Positions 1 to 13,339 of a stretch of 64,000 nt of DNA are shown piece by piece (the first letter of the stretch is position 1; each line of letters opens with the position of its first letter). The stretch is from Vitrella brassicaformis CCMP3155. Lineage: Eukaryota > Protista > Chromerida. Under the pieces are notes generated by a model. That model did not search any database. It was given only the letters and a program-made list of their open reading frames with translations, and was not told the origin of the DNA. The translations under genes were made by a program, and so were the position numbers. Location: NCBI GenBank assembly GCA_001179505.1, contig CDMY01000454.1:9520-73519 (forward strand), written 5' to 3'.

Positions 1-792
1 AAGATGGTTTAGATGTATCAGGTCTGTCCTGGTGTCGGTCTGACCGGTCTTTGGTGGTTGACAGGGGGAGGTTTTTTGGTTTTGCCGCTTTGATGGATCA
101 GACGATACGATGGCCGCCGTGCCTGTGAGCAACACATGGGAGGGCATGGACACAATGCTTCCTCCCCTCTCCTTATGTGCACTGTGATGTTTACCTGTGA
201 CTGTTCATCGGTCCCTTCAGCTGCCAAGCTAATGACTGGTGGTGCCGTGGCTGTGGCCGCCAGCGCACCAACCGCATCCGAGAGGCCCGACTCAGCAGAT
301 GACAGCTGAGTGACGGCGCTGTTGACATGGGCGGCGGCGAGGGACAGCTGCACGTGCACCTGCAGCGACTCAGGTGACGACGCCTACGACAAGCAGGCAG
401 CAGAGGGAGCAGCAGACACCATCTAGTGAAGTGCCTCGACCTGCTGCCTAGTGCAGGGTGTGGGTGTGTACCTCGAGAGGGTGATTGGCAGGGTCCAGCT
501 GGTTGATCTGCGATAGATGAGCACCAACCTGATGCACACAGCGGGAAAGAAAGGGTGGCAAGGAAAGACACATGTGTGACGTCGAGTCTGTCAGGTGCGT
601 CAGTCACATCACATCACATCACACCAGACCTGTGAGTGGAGCTGCAGCAGCTTCTCGAGGCTCTCCTCCACACCCGCCGACTGCTCCTTCAACTGAACAC
701 AACACACAACACAACATGACTCGCCTGTCTGCCAATGGGAGATGCAGGCTTCTCCTGCCCGTCAGGCCGCCACTCACCTGAGCTACGTTCAT
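1..792 (-). CDS. 5' part (runs off window start) of lineage-specific F-box/LRR-like family gene, copy D
   Basis: Micro-exon ATG AAC GTA GCT CAG|GTGAGT (MNVAQ) parallels MDVHQ/MDVNQ/MDPNKE in copies A/B/C. Later exons (LKEQSAGVEESLEKLLQLHSQ; ASSPESLQVHVQLSLAAAHVNSAVTQL; PSYRLIHQSG..PPVNHQRP) match copy A. Nt 1-110 match 48143-48240. Confidence 0.75.
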
Positions 793-1177
793 GGCGCCGG
801 TCTTCTGTCGCTATGCACAATTGGCAACGAACCGCAGCAGAGAGGCCTGCAACCATCACAAAACACATGAGCACAGTGGTCAAAAGCATGGCAAAGGCGG
901 CCTTCTCTGTCTGCATTCTCTCTGCTGTGCTCGTCTGTCATCCCCTGCCCTGCCTTGTGAGCCCTTGTGAGCCCTCCCGCGCCACGCCTCTCACCTGATT
1001 GACGTCTATGGCAAATCTCTCCAGTTGAGCTATTGGAGCTGGCAATGGAAAACCAGCACAAAGCTATCAAACAGCAAAGCGGCAGCAACCACACCCCTGC
1101 AATGAGTCGACCGAAACTCGTCGGCTCGCAATTGGGTTAGGTGCTCCCTGAAACCGCTGCTGGTTGTTGGTGGCTCA

Positions 1178-1186
1178 GCGAGCTTT
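1178..1186 (+). promoter_or_regulatory. Candidate cis-element GCGAKCTTT (also 9151+, 28517+, 39638-, 48840-, 57287+, 62780-)
   Basis: The recurring 9-mer was found by eye only in or next to shared 5' regions of divergent gene pairs. Confidence 0.5.
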
Positions 1187-1414
1187 GTCGCCCGACGACG
1201 TACGGACAGCGGGCCTGCGAGTGGAAGAGCTTCAAGGCCAGAATAATCCGAGATCTGAACTCATGAACTCGTTGCCATGAAGCTTCCTGCACATGCTGAC
1301 ACACGTGTGAAGGGAGGCAGGTACGTACGGGCATGCGCAGAAAGACTCATCGACTCTCAACTCCCGTGCATCTGTTGATTCCAGATCAGGACTTAGCTGA
1401 CTGGCCGACTCTGC

Positions 1415-3455
1415 ATGGGCTGCGGATGCCATCAGATTGCCCTCATCGCCCTCTACTACTCGGCTTTTGCTGCTCTCAGCCGCCAGCCGGTCCATCTCGA
1501 GGCATTCATGACGCCAACGGCACTGCAACAGTCACTGGACAGCAGACGGCATCTGCTTCGCACAGGAAGAAGTCGCGGCGGCGACTCATTGTCGAGGCTG
1601 CAAGGGGCTCTCCCTGAGGCCTATGTGGAGTATGTGAGCGGCCTGCTGCCTGCCAATAAAACGGATGCCTTCATTAAGTCATGTGGGACGAGGCTGCGGC
1701 CGAGCATTCGTGTCAACACCCTGAAGGGCAGCGTTGGAGAGTTCATCAGCAGGCACAGGAGAGGGGATGCTCGCAATGCAGAGTGGGACTTCAAGCCGAT
1801 CCCCTGGTGCCCGGAAGGTACGGAAAAGGCACACAGCGCTTTGCCAGGAAGATGCATCAGGCGTACTCGTCGTTGGCTGTCTGTCAGGTCTGTGGATCTC
1901 GCCCTCTTCCAACGGCAGCGACCTCTCAGATCTGCAGCTGGGCAGTCGTCTGGAACATTTGGCTGGTCTCTACTACGTGCAGGAGGCCTCATCGATGCTG
2001 CCCGTCACAGCACTGCTCGATGGCGGCGATCTCGACACAAGAGATAGTGACCTCAAGATCCTGGACATGGCTGCCGCGCCCGGTTCGAAGACCACGCAGC
2101 TCGCCGCCCGGCTTGCGAATCGCGGCCTCGTGTGTGCCAACGAGCTGTCAGCGTCCCGTCTAAAAGGGCTCTTCTCCAATGTGCAGCGGACGGGCACCAC
2201 CAACACCATCCTCACACAAGCGGATGGGCGCGACTTCCCCCACCATGAGGGCTCTGCCGCTTTGTTCGATGCCGTGTTGTTGGACGCTCCCTGCTCCGGC
2301 GAAGGGACGGTCCGGAAGAATCCCAAAGAGGAGCTGCCGTCGTGGAGCTTGCGTTCGGTGCTGCGGCTGCAGAGCCTGCAAAAGGGGCTGATCGACGCTG
2401 CCATGGGGATGCTCAGGGAGGGGGGCGTGCTAGTGTACTCCACATGCACACTCAACCACTACGAGAATGAGGAGGTGGTGAGGTGGCTACTTGAGGAGAG
2501 CGGGCATGTCGGTCGAGTGGAGGTGGTTCGTCTGGATGGCCTGTGCGGCGGGTCGCTGCGTCGCAGCGCCACTGATGAGGGCTTTCTCCACGTGTGGCCG
2601 CATCACTTCGACTGCGAGGGCTTCTTCGTCGCCAAGTTGCGCAAGAAGGCTGGTGGCCACTCTGCCTTTGCTGCTGCCGCCCCGCTCTCTCTTGTCGGCT
2701 CTCTAACTGCTCAACAAGTCGCCCGTGAGAGCCTCTCTGCGCCAGCAGCAGCCACAGCATTGAGAGACAGAGAGCCCCGGCGCCGCACACAGCGAATGGT
2801 GCGAAGCGAGCTGTCATCACCGCCTTCGTTCCATCGATGGCTCGATCGCTTCGAGCCGCCGTCGACAGAAGAGGCTCGGCAACTGCACTCCTTCTTCACG
2901 TCGAGATACGGCTTTGGCAAAGTGGCAGAGTGGCATGAGGAGGGCCGGCTGCGCATCCGTCGAGCTCGGACACGAGAGGGCCGTCAGCAGGGGGCGAAGA
3001 GGGGGAATGGCGGCGCTCAGCAGCAGCCCAGGGTGGATGAGTGGTGGCTGCTGCCCACGGGGGCCGCATCGTTCCTCAACAGCATCGGTGGGGCTTCCCG
3101 CGTCAAGGTCTCTCGTGTGGGCGTCAAGATCGCTGAGCGGCCAATTGCTGCGGTGAAAAGGCGGAAAGAGGGCGTGGCTGACGGCGGAGTGCGGCCGACA
3201 CATGAGATGGTGATGGCTTTCGGAGGTGAGTTCAGTGGGGGTGCTGTTGACGTGTCCGACGAAGAGGCGCGGCTGTTCTGCAGAGGCCATGACTTGCCGC
3301 TGACACATGGGGACTCGGGGGCGTGTCTGACTGATCGGTGTGACATTGTGGTGCGGTGGGCCGGCCTGCCACTGGGTGTGGGGCGCGTGCAGATGGAGAG
3401 AGGACGGCTGAAGAACATGCTGCCCAGAGATGTGGTCAGGGATACTGTCGTATAG
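1415..3455 (+). CDS. rsmF: RsmF/YebU-type 16S rRNA (cytosine-C5) methyltransferase (NOL1/NOP2/Sun family) with putative organellar leader; join(1415..1817,1888..3455)
   Basis: Motifs SIRVNTLK, PWCPEG, EHLAGLYYVQEASSMLP, LDMAAAPGSKTTQ, DAPCSGEG, YSTCT (both catalytic Cys). C-terminus GLPLGVG..RLKNMLPRDVVRD resembles E. coli RsmF. One 70-nt GT-AG intron joins the two ORFs in frame. Confidence 0.92.
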
Positions 3456-4611
3456 CGTGCCCTGCTTGTGTGACGGGGGTTGGTGTATAGGATGGATGGA
3501 CGTGTGTGTGCATTGGTATGTAATGGACATCTCATCTGGCGGATCAGATCTTGTTTGAACGACAGATGCACTCAATCTGTCCTCGTGAGGCGTTGGCATG
3601 CAGTCGTCTTGTTCGCTATAAAAAGCCCCCTCACCGTACACTTTTCTCACAGTCATGCACGCCCCGCCACCCCTGTCTCCCAATCCATCCATCCATCCAT
3701 TCAACACCGTACACCAAATGATTCATCTCTCTGCGAGTCGATCGCTTAGACACACATACATGAGATAAGGGCCTCGTATCATCTGCTCTCTGCCCATTTC
3801 TCGGCCCTCTCCCCCTCCCAGCCTGCTGTCTGTCTGTCTGTCTGTCTGTGAGTGTGTGTGTGTGGAAGGACCGCGAGAAAAATGGGGTGGACTCGTTCGT
3901 TCGTTGTGGACGGTTGGCTGATGCATGTCATGTCATGGCCGTGTGTTTGGGCGGTCGGTGTAAAAATCAGGAAAGGCATTGACCGACCCGACCCTTAAAA
4001 GCAATTCCCAATCGCACGTGTGTCGTACGCAGCAGGAAGCAGCACGACAGGAAGGAACACGGAGAGCCAGGGGACAGAGATAGCGAGGCAAGGCAAGACT
4101 CGAGCATCTCATTCATTGTGGCGTGTTCGTCCGAAGACACACAAAACCTTCGTGCGCCCAGAAGCTACACGAGTCAGTGAGTGAGTGGGTGTGTGGGGGG
4201 TGGGGGACGGGACAGCGCAGAAGAAGAAGAAAACTGTATGCAAAATGGAATTCGGCCAGCCAGGCTGGTGTCAAAAAACCGGACTATCGACCCTCAATGG
4301 TATCGTTGGAGCGATATGGGCCAACCAACACCTGACATCCCACACACACCCAAATCAATGAGAGTCCGACCCGACCGATCCGATATGCAGCAAGTGACAT
4401 CCCACTTACCGATAGCGCTATGCATTTTACTTGTGTGTCATTATGACCTCCACGGTGCGGGGGACGGCGGCCTGCCGCTGCCCCTCTCCCGCTCCCTCTC
4501 CCAGTGCATCTGACGCTCACGCATCAAAGACGCCACCCTGACCGATCCATCACACCAAAACATCCCAAACAACCATACCGACACCTGCACAGGGGTGTCG
4601 CAGTGGTTGTC

Positions 4612-7600
4612 TCACTGCTTCACGTACCGTTCCTGCATGGTCATCTCCTCGTCCGACTCCTCAAACCACTGGTCGTCCACCGATCCGATCTCGCCGTCAT
4701 GCAAACCACCCGCTACGCCGTCAACACCAGTGACCGTCGCTGTCGTGGTTGATCCCCCAGAGGGGTGGTCGCCCAGGTCACTGGTGGACGACATGGCGCC
4801 GCTGCCCAAGCCCACCGAGCCCCAGCGGCCAGAGGACGACCGCATCCTGCCTTTGCTGCGGTGGCTGTGGCTGTGGCTGTGTGTGTGCTGGACATGTGGC
4901 GGTCGGAGCAGACCTCCCACCGGGGCGCCGCCCTCACGAGGGCCAAGCGCGAATCCTCCAGCCGTCCTCTCGCTGCCCATCGATGCCACGAGGGGGGCAT
5001 CCTGGAAGGCGAAAGGCGCGTGTGAAGGAAAGGTCGACGGCAGCTTGCTCCTGGCCGCCTTGGCCTGGGGCCGGCTGCGGATGAGTGGGGAGTTGGGGGG
5101 GCTGTTGTGGTTCGCCTTGGGGCTGCTCTCCTCGGCTGTCATGGCCTTCCGCGTCGTGGTCATCCAGCCTGGCGAGTCCTGAGCACTCGTGGATGACCGA
5201 GGGGCAGCGGCCTCACCACCACACGCATACCTCAAGCGCGAAAGCTCCTCAGACAGCGGCCTAGCGATCTGGTGCTGGGGCATGTGCTGTTGCCGTTGCT
5301 GGGCAGGTGGACTTCCGAACCGCCCGAGGGAGCCGCGATGCGCCGAGTGGGGTGAGAATACGGGAGAGGTCTTGGACGACGTCCAGGAGTGGGGCGACGC
5401 CCCTCCACCCTTGGAGGCTGACCCCGAGCCGTCGGTGTTGCTGTGGCTGTCTGCCGGGAGTGGATCTGTGTGCCCGCCGATGAACGACGCCAGCAGTGAG
5501 TCACGCAACGACCTGGGGGAGATCTGGTCGATGACGAGAGAGCTGCGTGAGCAGACGGGAAGGGGCAGAGACGACGGGGGCTCAGTGGATCGGCGGGAGA
5601 GCTCCGGCATAGCCAGGTCAGTGGAGGGACGCTGCACCGCCCGGGCGTCTTCATCCTGTGTGCCAGTGGCGGCTGCTGCTGCTGCTGCTGCCTGGGTCAC
5701 AGGCATCGCCGCCCCGACCACCTGCTCCTCCCTCACTCGAACACCCTTGCTCCTGTCATACGCGACGGCCTCCCTCTCCTCGTGCACCGACAGGTGGATC
5801 TGCGTGTTGTTGCTGAAGCTCGTCCGCACACTCACTACCGACTCGCCAAGCGGCCCGGGAGACGACGGCAGCTCGGCCTCGTCAGTGGGCTGCCGGTCGT
5901 TGTCGTTGCCTCCGCGAGGCACCGAAGGCGCTGGCGATGAGGCAGCCGACGCGTCGAGAGGTTCGAGTGTGAGTGGCGGTGGGGCGTCGATGGAGGGGTC
6001 TGAGGATGAGACGGGGAGGGGGTGGCTGGGCGTCTCGGTGGGGGGCGCACGGGATGCTGAGGCCGATGACGAGTGGCTTGAGTTGCGGAGATCTCTTTCT
6101 CGGCGTCGCTCCTGCTCCTCAGACCTCAGCTGGCTCACGTACTCCTGGATGGACAGAGAAATCACACGTCGGATGATGTGCTGTGTCGGCCTTATTCTGG
6201 CCTTATTCTCACATTCGGTCTGACCTCTGTGAGTCGCTGTTTGTCCTGCCCCTCAGCCTCATGGAGGAAGAAGTCTGCCTTGCGGAGGATACTGCGGCCG
6301 TCGTCCAGGGCTGCCAGCTGCACTTGACGCGTCATGAAGCTCTGAATCGCACGGGTGCTCGCCTCTGTCACATTTCCAACACACACATACACACAGATGG
6401 TTGACGCGTCAATTCAATGCAGTGTTGCTTTCCCTCTCCCTCCCTCCCTGACTCCCTGACCAGGGTGTTGCAGCTCCTCTGGCGGCACCATGAAGGTGCA
6501 AGCATGCACCTCCAGGAGAGCGAGCAGCACTGCAAACACTGCACGGGGCCCCTCCACCACGAGCAGGTCCCACACGCGCACCACCGCCTTGAGCGGCAGC
6601 GTCTTGGCAAACAGACACAACAACGGATCAACTGCCAGCTGCACACACACACAGAGAGAGAGAGAGACGGGCAGAAAGCAGCAGGGAGGAGTTGATCACA
6701 CGAGGCGAGGGCTGGTCGGTTGTGTGTGGCGGCTAGTTTCTGTATCGCTTTCTTTCTGACCCATAGGAGTGGCAACGAGAGTCGTCTCAGCTGCTGCTCG
6801 ACGGCGGGCAGGAACTCAGTCACGATGCGCTCACCAACCTCCACGTCAACCAGAAAACCCTCCAAACGGTCTGCAGTGGGGCAGGCAAACCACACACTCA
6901 TAAACACGCCTTTGTGTGCGTGTGTGTGTGTCTATGTGTATCTTTCGCTGCGTACGAGCATGGTAGTTTTTGCAGTATCGTTCCAGCAGTGCAGCGAGCG
7001 CCCAGAAGGCGGTCTCCTCGTCAAAGCCAACCACCAGGAGGACGGCTACCAACAGGTTCATCGACTGACAGTACCTGCACAAAGGAAACAAGGGATAAGA
7101 CATGACAAGGGGTGCGGCTGTCCCGGCCTGTTTGTGGTGAATAGGTGGCTGGCTGACTGACCCGATGTCTTCGTTGTGGAATGCGTATGCAATCAGCACG
7201 TTGCGCAGCGCTGTGCGATGCTCCGTGTCCAAGAAATTAGGCATCGTCCTCTCAACGTCCTACAGGCGGCGCGCAGACGCCCAGTCATCGCTTGGTGTGT
7301 GTGTGCAGAGCGGTCTGGGCTGTGGCGTGCTGCGCCCACCAGGTCGACTTGTCTCATGGAGTCGGTCTCGCCGTCGGAGGTCCTGGCGAGCAGGCCGGCG
7401 AAGTACTGCGATCTAAAGGTGGAGCGGAGCTCACTCAGACCCAACAGGTGACTCCACAGCTGCACACACATACACACACACACACCACACACACAGAGAT
7501 AGAGATACATGTGTGTGTTTCGTCAATGGTGTGAGTGTGTGTGTGTGTTTGTATACCTTGACGCGGAACTGCGCCGGGACGCCCTCATGCACGAGTGTCC

Positions 7601-9009
7601 TGAGCTCATCGGCACTCATCGACGACACATCCAGCCGATTCTGAAGAGCATGGTACCTGCAGCCACACCACACACACCACACAGGATGTGAAACAGACAC
7701 ACAGCTACCCTGGCACTCGTGTGCTATCTGTCGTCCTGACTGACCATAGCTGCAGCACTTCCTTCCTTGAGGCACCGGGGGCCGCCGAAGCGCTGCTAGC
7801 CGCTGCCTCGCCAAACGGCCCCACGCTCCACTCTGGCGACGCTGCACCATTGCTGCCACTGCTGCCATTGGCCGATGCCGCCGCCCCCAACTCTTGCTGC
7901 TTCCTCTCCGCCAGGAGGTCCCCCATGTCGGGCAGCACACAGTAGTCGTCCTGGCTGGCAGTGGGGGTGGTGGTGGTGGGCAGTGCTGGTGCAGGGATGG
8001 CCGTGGGCGCCACGTACAAAGCCGAGTGCTCGTCGAAGAGCAGTCGGAATATGTCCTCGCGGCTGACGTCGATGTCCGGCACGTTGGAGCGCAGGACGTC
8101 GCCCTCGGTCTTGAGGAAGCTCCCGCCCATGCCCCCTCCTCTCCTCAGCCCCCTGTGTATCGACCGCGACCGCAGCCGCCGGGCCCGCCCCGCCACTCGC
8201 TGCCGTGCCTGCTGCCCAATGCTCGCCAGCCCACCACGGAGCGACCGCAGGCCATCTGCCAGCCGTGAGGTGCGCGTCTCGCCGCTCGTGTCACGCGGGG
8301 ACGGTCCGGCGGTATCTTCCGGCCGCTGCTGGCGACTTGCGAATCGGTTGCGGACCATACGGATGGCGGATGAAGGGATGCTGCGGAGCGGGGGAAGGGA
8401 GAGCCGCATCGAGGGAGAGGTGGCTGCTGGCGGGGAGGGGGTGCCGCCATCGGCCTCATCCGACTCGTCTGTCCCCGTGCTGCGCGGCCGGCGCTGCGTC
8501 ACCTCGCCCACCGCGCGTGACGAGCGGAAGGCGGCCGCGGCAGCGGCAGCATTAGTGGCTGTCTGCTGGGTGGCGTCGCTGTCGTGCATGGGCTTCTGCG
8601 GCGAGTCCACAGGGGAGGACCCGGAGAGAGACTGCACTCGGTCTGTGGTGCGCTGGCTGACGAAAGCCGTCTGTGCTGTGTTGCTGGCGCTGTGGGCGCT
8701 CGACAGCGGCACGGGAATGGGCTCGAAGGCGGCAGCCGGCGTCACGTTGGCATCCTTGTCGACGTCATGCCATTCGCTCGCGACGGGCTGGGTAGTCTCA
8801 TCCCGGTTTGCTTCCCGAGCCTCTCGCGGCGACTGGGATGACTCGGGGGTGTCGCTGCCGTAGCGCCTCTCCCAGTCCTGCGTCAGGCAGAGGGTGTCGA
8901 TGCCCAAATGGGAGAGGCTGACGAGCGTCGCCGTGTTAGACGAGCCCGGTCGTCGATGTGGGCCTCCCGCGGACGGCCTGCCGCCCGTCGTCGAGTTGTT
9001 GTTGCCCAT
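4612..9009 (-). CDS. TBC-domain Rab GTPase-activating protein with long low-complexity N- and C-terminal regions (multi-exon; 3' end may extend to ~4440)
   Basis: Spliced exons give GVPAQFRVKLWSHLLG, RQVDLDVERTMP (R-finger), LRNVLIAYAFHNEDIGYCQSMN (Q-finger) and LFAKTLPLKAVVRVWDLLVVEG. N-terminus MGNNNS is a possible myristoylation site. Confidence 0.9.
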
Positions 9010-9267
9010 TTATCCTCAGGGAGCCATCGAGGTGATGGAGGGCAATTTGCTGGAGGGACACTCGACAACGTGAAGAGAGCGGCTCCGAAACGAGAGGGGA
9101 GTGCAGCTGGTCTCCTCCTCTCCTTTTCTGCTCTTCCCCTTGGGTTGCGTGCGAGCTTTTAGCGTTAGGACCGGATGTAAAACTGATGGCGCGGTTGGTT
9201 CCCGAAAAAGCCCCTAGACGGCCCTGAGAGAGGTTTTCTGAATAAGCAGCATTCACAAGTCAGCGAA

Positions 9268-12200
9268 ATGAAGGTTGGGAAGGTTGGTTCTGTCGGCGTG
9301 TGTCATCTCCTGACTGTCTTCCTGCTGGGGTGGCTGTTGCTGGCTGACCCGAGCGTCGGGGACGGCTCCTTCGGGGGGAATCGGAAGAACGCCAAGAACA
9401 TGGACCACCTCTCGAGCGCTGAAGCCACCACCCTCTTCCTCAAGGCATGCACACACGAACAGCACACCTTCTCACGCTCCCCGTTTGATGTCTGTGCGTC
9501 GTCTGCTCGGGCGTGTGTCTGTGGTCAGGAGGGCGAGAAGCCCAGAGACAATGGTGAGCGTCCTAACTTGGTTCGAGAACACCTGTAGAGACATGACGTC
9601 TGTGGTGTCATGTCTCCCTTCAGATGACCCGGTGGGTGGCGGCCTTCTGACTCAACATCTGGAGGCTGATGTGGTGGTCGCCGGGGGAGGCAGCGCGGGG
9701 ACGAGCGCAGCACTGGCGTCAGCGAGGAGCGGCGCCAAGACCATACTCATACAGGGAAGGTGCGTATGGACAGAGACACGCGCAGAGAAACATGCACAAT
9801 CATGGCGACATATCTTCTGTGTGTGCGCGTGGTTGGTGTGTAGAGGTGTGTTGGGTGGCAATGCGTCCTCGGAGTCGAAGCTTCACATGGTGGGAGCCGA
9901 CCGGCACGGCGACCGCGGCATCTACCGCAAGACGGAGACACGCGAGGGCGGCATCGTCGAGGAGTACACACTGAAGAATGCCGTCGACAATGGCCAGCGT
10001 TCCCACTCGATCTTCGACCTCATTCTGTACGACATGTTCCGCACCGAGCCCAACGTGCAGCTCATCCTCAACGCCTGGGTGGTCGCCGCCAACAAGACAC
10101 CCGCCAAGGGAGACACACCCGGCACCGTCACCGAGATCATTGCCGAGAACCAGGAGAGCCAGGTGGGTGCGAACCAACATCCAATCACAACTGTCTGTCT
10201 AGTGCCTCATCTGTGGGCGTCTCCGGCTTTAACAGCTTCGGTACGTGATCAAAGGCAAGGTCTTCATTGACGCGACGGGCGACGGGCGGCTCGGCGCGGA
10301 GGCGGGGGTCCCCTACATCATCGGCCGTGAGTCGCAGAAGGAGTACAACGAGACGTTGGCTGAGCCCGAGCAGGACGCCGAGACCATGGGCAGCAGCCTG
10401 GCGTTTGTCGCCAGGAACCACTCACAGCCGATGAAGTTCGAGCCGCCCTCGTGGGCCATCCGCTACTCCGAGGAGGACTTCCGATACAGACCCATCAAGA
10501 GCGGCGACCTCATGGTTTGTATAAGGCGGCATCGCATCGCGTGTACGTGTATTGATTGCATTGCCTTTGTGGCCTGCGCAGTACGGTTACTGGTGGATCG
10601 AGGTCGCATGGCCCTTCCACACCATCAGACAGAACGAGGAGATCCGAGACACACTCATGGAAGTCGTCCTAGGTAGGTCTCCTGCCTGCCACACATCACA
10701 TAGATAAGGGGCGGGGCACTCACGTGTGTGTCTGAATGGAATGGACCCCCTCGCTCACTAATTCAGGCACATGGGATTACATCAAGAACAGCGGCAACTT
10801 CCCCGAGGCCGAGAACCTCGCACTCGAGTGGCTCGAGTGGTGGCCCTGCAAGCGAGAAGGTGAGTCAACGGGAAGAGACACAACACCAGGAGACACGTAC
10901 GCACGCCGAGTGGCCTTCCTGCACAGGCCGCCGCTTCCGTGGTCAATACATCATGACGCAGAACGACCTGCTGCCTGGTACACACACAGCCGAGAGACAC
11001 CAAGACACACACAATGGTTGATCGTATGTGCGTGTCCGTCTGTGCCATCAGACCCCTTTGTTGAGGAGGAGAACGCCCACGCGCCGACCTTTTTCTGGGA
11101 CCGTGTCAGCCACGCCGGATGGAACCTCGACCTGCACGCCGTCAAGGGCGTGCTGGACACGGCCGTTCCCGCATACGCCTCATACTACATCCCCTACGTA
11201 TACAGGCAAGTCAGCACACGCACACAAAGCCGCTGAGGTGCTCTCCATTTCCCTCGATATTTCTTGGCTCTGCAGCACCCCTCTCCGTTCGCTCGTGGCC
11301 CTGAACACCACCAATGTGATGCTGGCCGGCCGTCTGGCATCGTTTTCCCACGTGGTGTTTGGCAGCCAGCGGGTCATGAAGACCTGCGCGGCCATGGGCC
11401 AGGCGACAGGCACGGCCGCGGCCTACTGCGCCCTCCATGACATCGAGCCGTGGGAAATTGCCAACCATCCTGGTAGAACGATGGACGAGTAGAGGGGCTG
11501 GCTCGACATTGTGTGGGCATGAGCATCGTGTTCGTATGCCTTGGTGTTGTCAGACGCTGTGTGGAGCATTCAGCAGCAGCTTCTGCGTGACGACCAGTAC
11601 ATCATCGGCATGTACAACCAAGACCCAAGGGTGCGGTGCGATGACAACACACATCACATGACATATGGGCGTGGTGTGCATGAGTGCCGCTGTGTGTCTG
11701 CTTGTTCCTTGTCAGGACTATGCGCGTGCTGCTCGCATCACAGCTTCATCAGAGCACAGCAACGCCACAGCCAAAGAGGTATACGCGATGCACCACCGTT
11801 CTGATCACCACTCTCATCGCATTCGTGTATTGGTGTCTCTGCGTGCAGGTGATATCTGGCCAGACCCGTGCAGTTGACGGCCGCAGCGGTGCGGCCCCCG
11901 AGCAGCGCATCGACGGCACCAACCGGTGGATATCAGAGACGGTGCCCGCCTGGCTCAAATTCGAGTGGGAACACCCCATCCAAGACCTCGCACTCGTAAC
12001 CACTACTATATCAAAACACCCACATCCCTGGCCGTCCCTCCATGTCCCTCCTTGCCTCCGTCTGCAGGTTGAGCTAGTGTTTGACACGGGCATGCACCGC
12101 GAGCTGACCCTCACACTCAAGCGCTCCATGTGGAACCGCATCGTGTGGGGCCGCCCGCAGCCAGAGACCGTCAAGGACTACGACATCCAGGTGCAGCTGG

Positions 12201-12514
12201 CAGGCGACGGCAAAGACATGTGGTGCAGCGTGGCCTACATCCGGGGCAACTACCTGCGCAAGCGGGTGCACGACATCAGCCACGCCGTGGCCAAGCTCGA
12301 CAACAAGGGCGAGGGCGTCAAGGCCATCCGTGTGTTCATCAAGGCCACCAACGGGGTGGGGGAGGCCCAGGTGTTTGAGGTGCGGGTGTACGACAAGTAC
12401 GGCGTGGACAAGTTCCCCAAGAAGCCCAACGGCGACACCCAACACGGCGACAAGCCCAAAGGAGCCAAGCGCCGCAGCCTCAAGGGCTCATCTTCTTCTG
12501 ACATATTTGTGTGA
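9268..12514 (+). CDS. Secreted FAD-dependent oxidoreductase (PF12831/GidA-like, bacterial long form) with C-terminal beta-sandwich domain; >10 introns
   Basis: Signal-like LLTVFLLGWLLLA. Rossmann motif DVVVAGGGSAGTSAALASARSGAKT, then VLGGNASSESK, VFIDATGDGRL, NVMLAGRLASFSHVVFGSQRVMKTCAAMGQATGTAAA, QQQLLRDDQYI and C-terminal PQPETVKDY..GNYLRKRVH..ATNG..AQVFEVRVY. Confidence 0.88.
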
Positions 12515-13339
12515 GAAAATGCAGTAAGGGAGAGGGAGTAGGGAGGGAGACACTGACGGGTGTATTCTTAGCGCCTGGTTTTCTGCTGGGCACTCTGTGC
12601 TGTATATATAGATAGGAAGCGTCCCCCCCCCCTTCCCTCTCTCCTCCTTTTCCCCAGAGTTCGTTTGTTCAAGAAAGTGTGCGTTTGCATGGGGTAAGGG
12701 CAAATTTTTCTGGGTGGCCGTGCCCGCGTCCACCCGCAACAATGACCATGACCTGTTCTGCCTGCCTCTCTCTCTCTTTCTCTCTGCATGTCTCTTTGTT
12801 GTATTGCTCATGTTTTCACCTTATACAACTTTCTCGTACCACTTTCTTCTGTACGCATAGCTACCTACCTACCTTCCAACATATACCGTCCACTACATTA
12901 CATTACATAGCATTTCATCGCATTTCATTATTCCATTTCGTGAAGCACACTGCCATTTCATCGCTTGAACACGAAGCACGTGTACACATGTGCACTGCCC
13001 TGTCAATGTGGTTCTCTCGCCGCCCTGCATGTCCATGCGGGGTGGCGGCGCGGCCGGCAGGGGGACCTGCCTGTCTGCGTCAGTAGTGTTTGTGGCATGT
13101 CGATGTATGAGTGGCCACGCGCACCGGTGGATAGCTCGACAACGAGATTTTCTTGAAGGGTCAGTCAGTGGGAGGGAGGGAAGGGTCTAGTGGACTGTCA
13201 AGGCTGGGGAACTTTCTTTCACGGTCATCAATGAAGGGACAAATCTCACAGGACTTCAAAGCGACTCAAGTAAACCACAAAAGTTCGTCAATTTGTGTCA
13301 CGCCCCCAGCCGGGCCCCCCATTGACACCGAAGATCATC

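Noticed and set aside
1415-12514. Bacterial contamination suggested by RsmF and the FAD oxidoreductase
   Set aside because: Both have spliceosomal introns of the local style and are flanked by eukaryotic genes.
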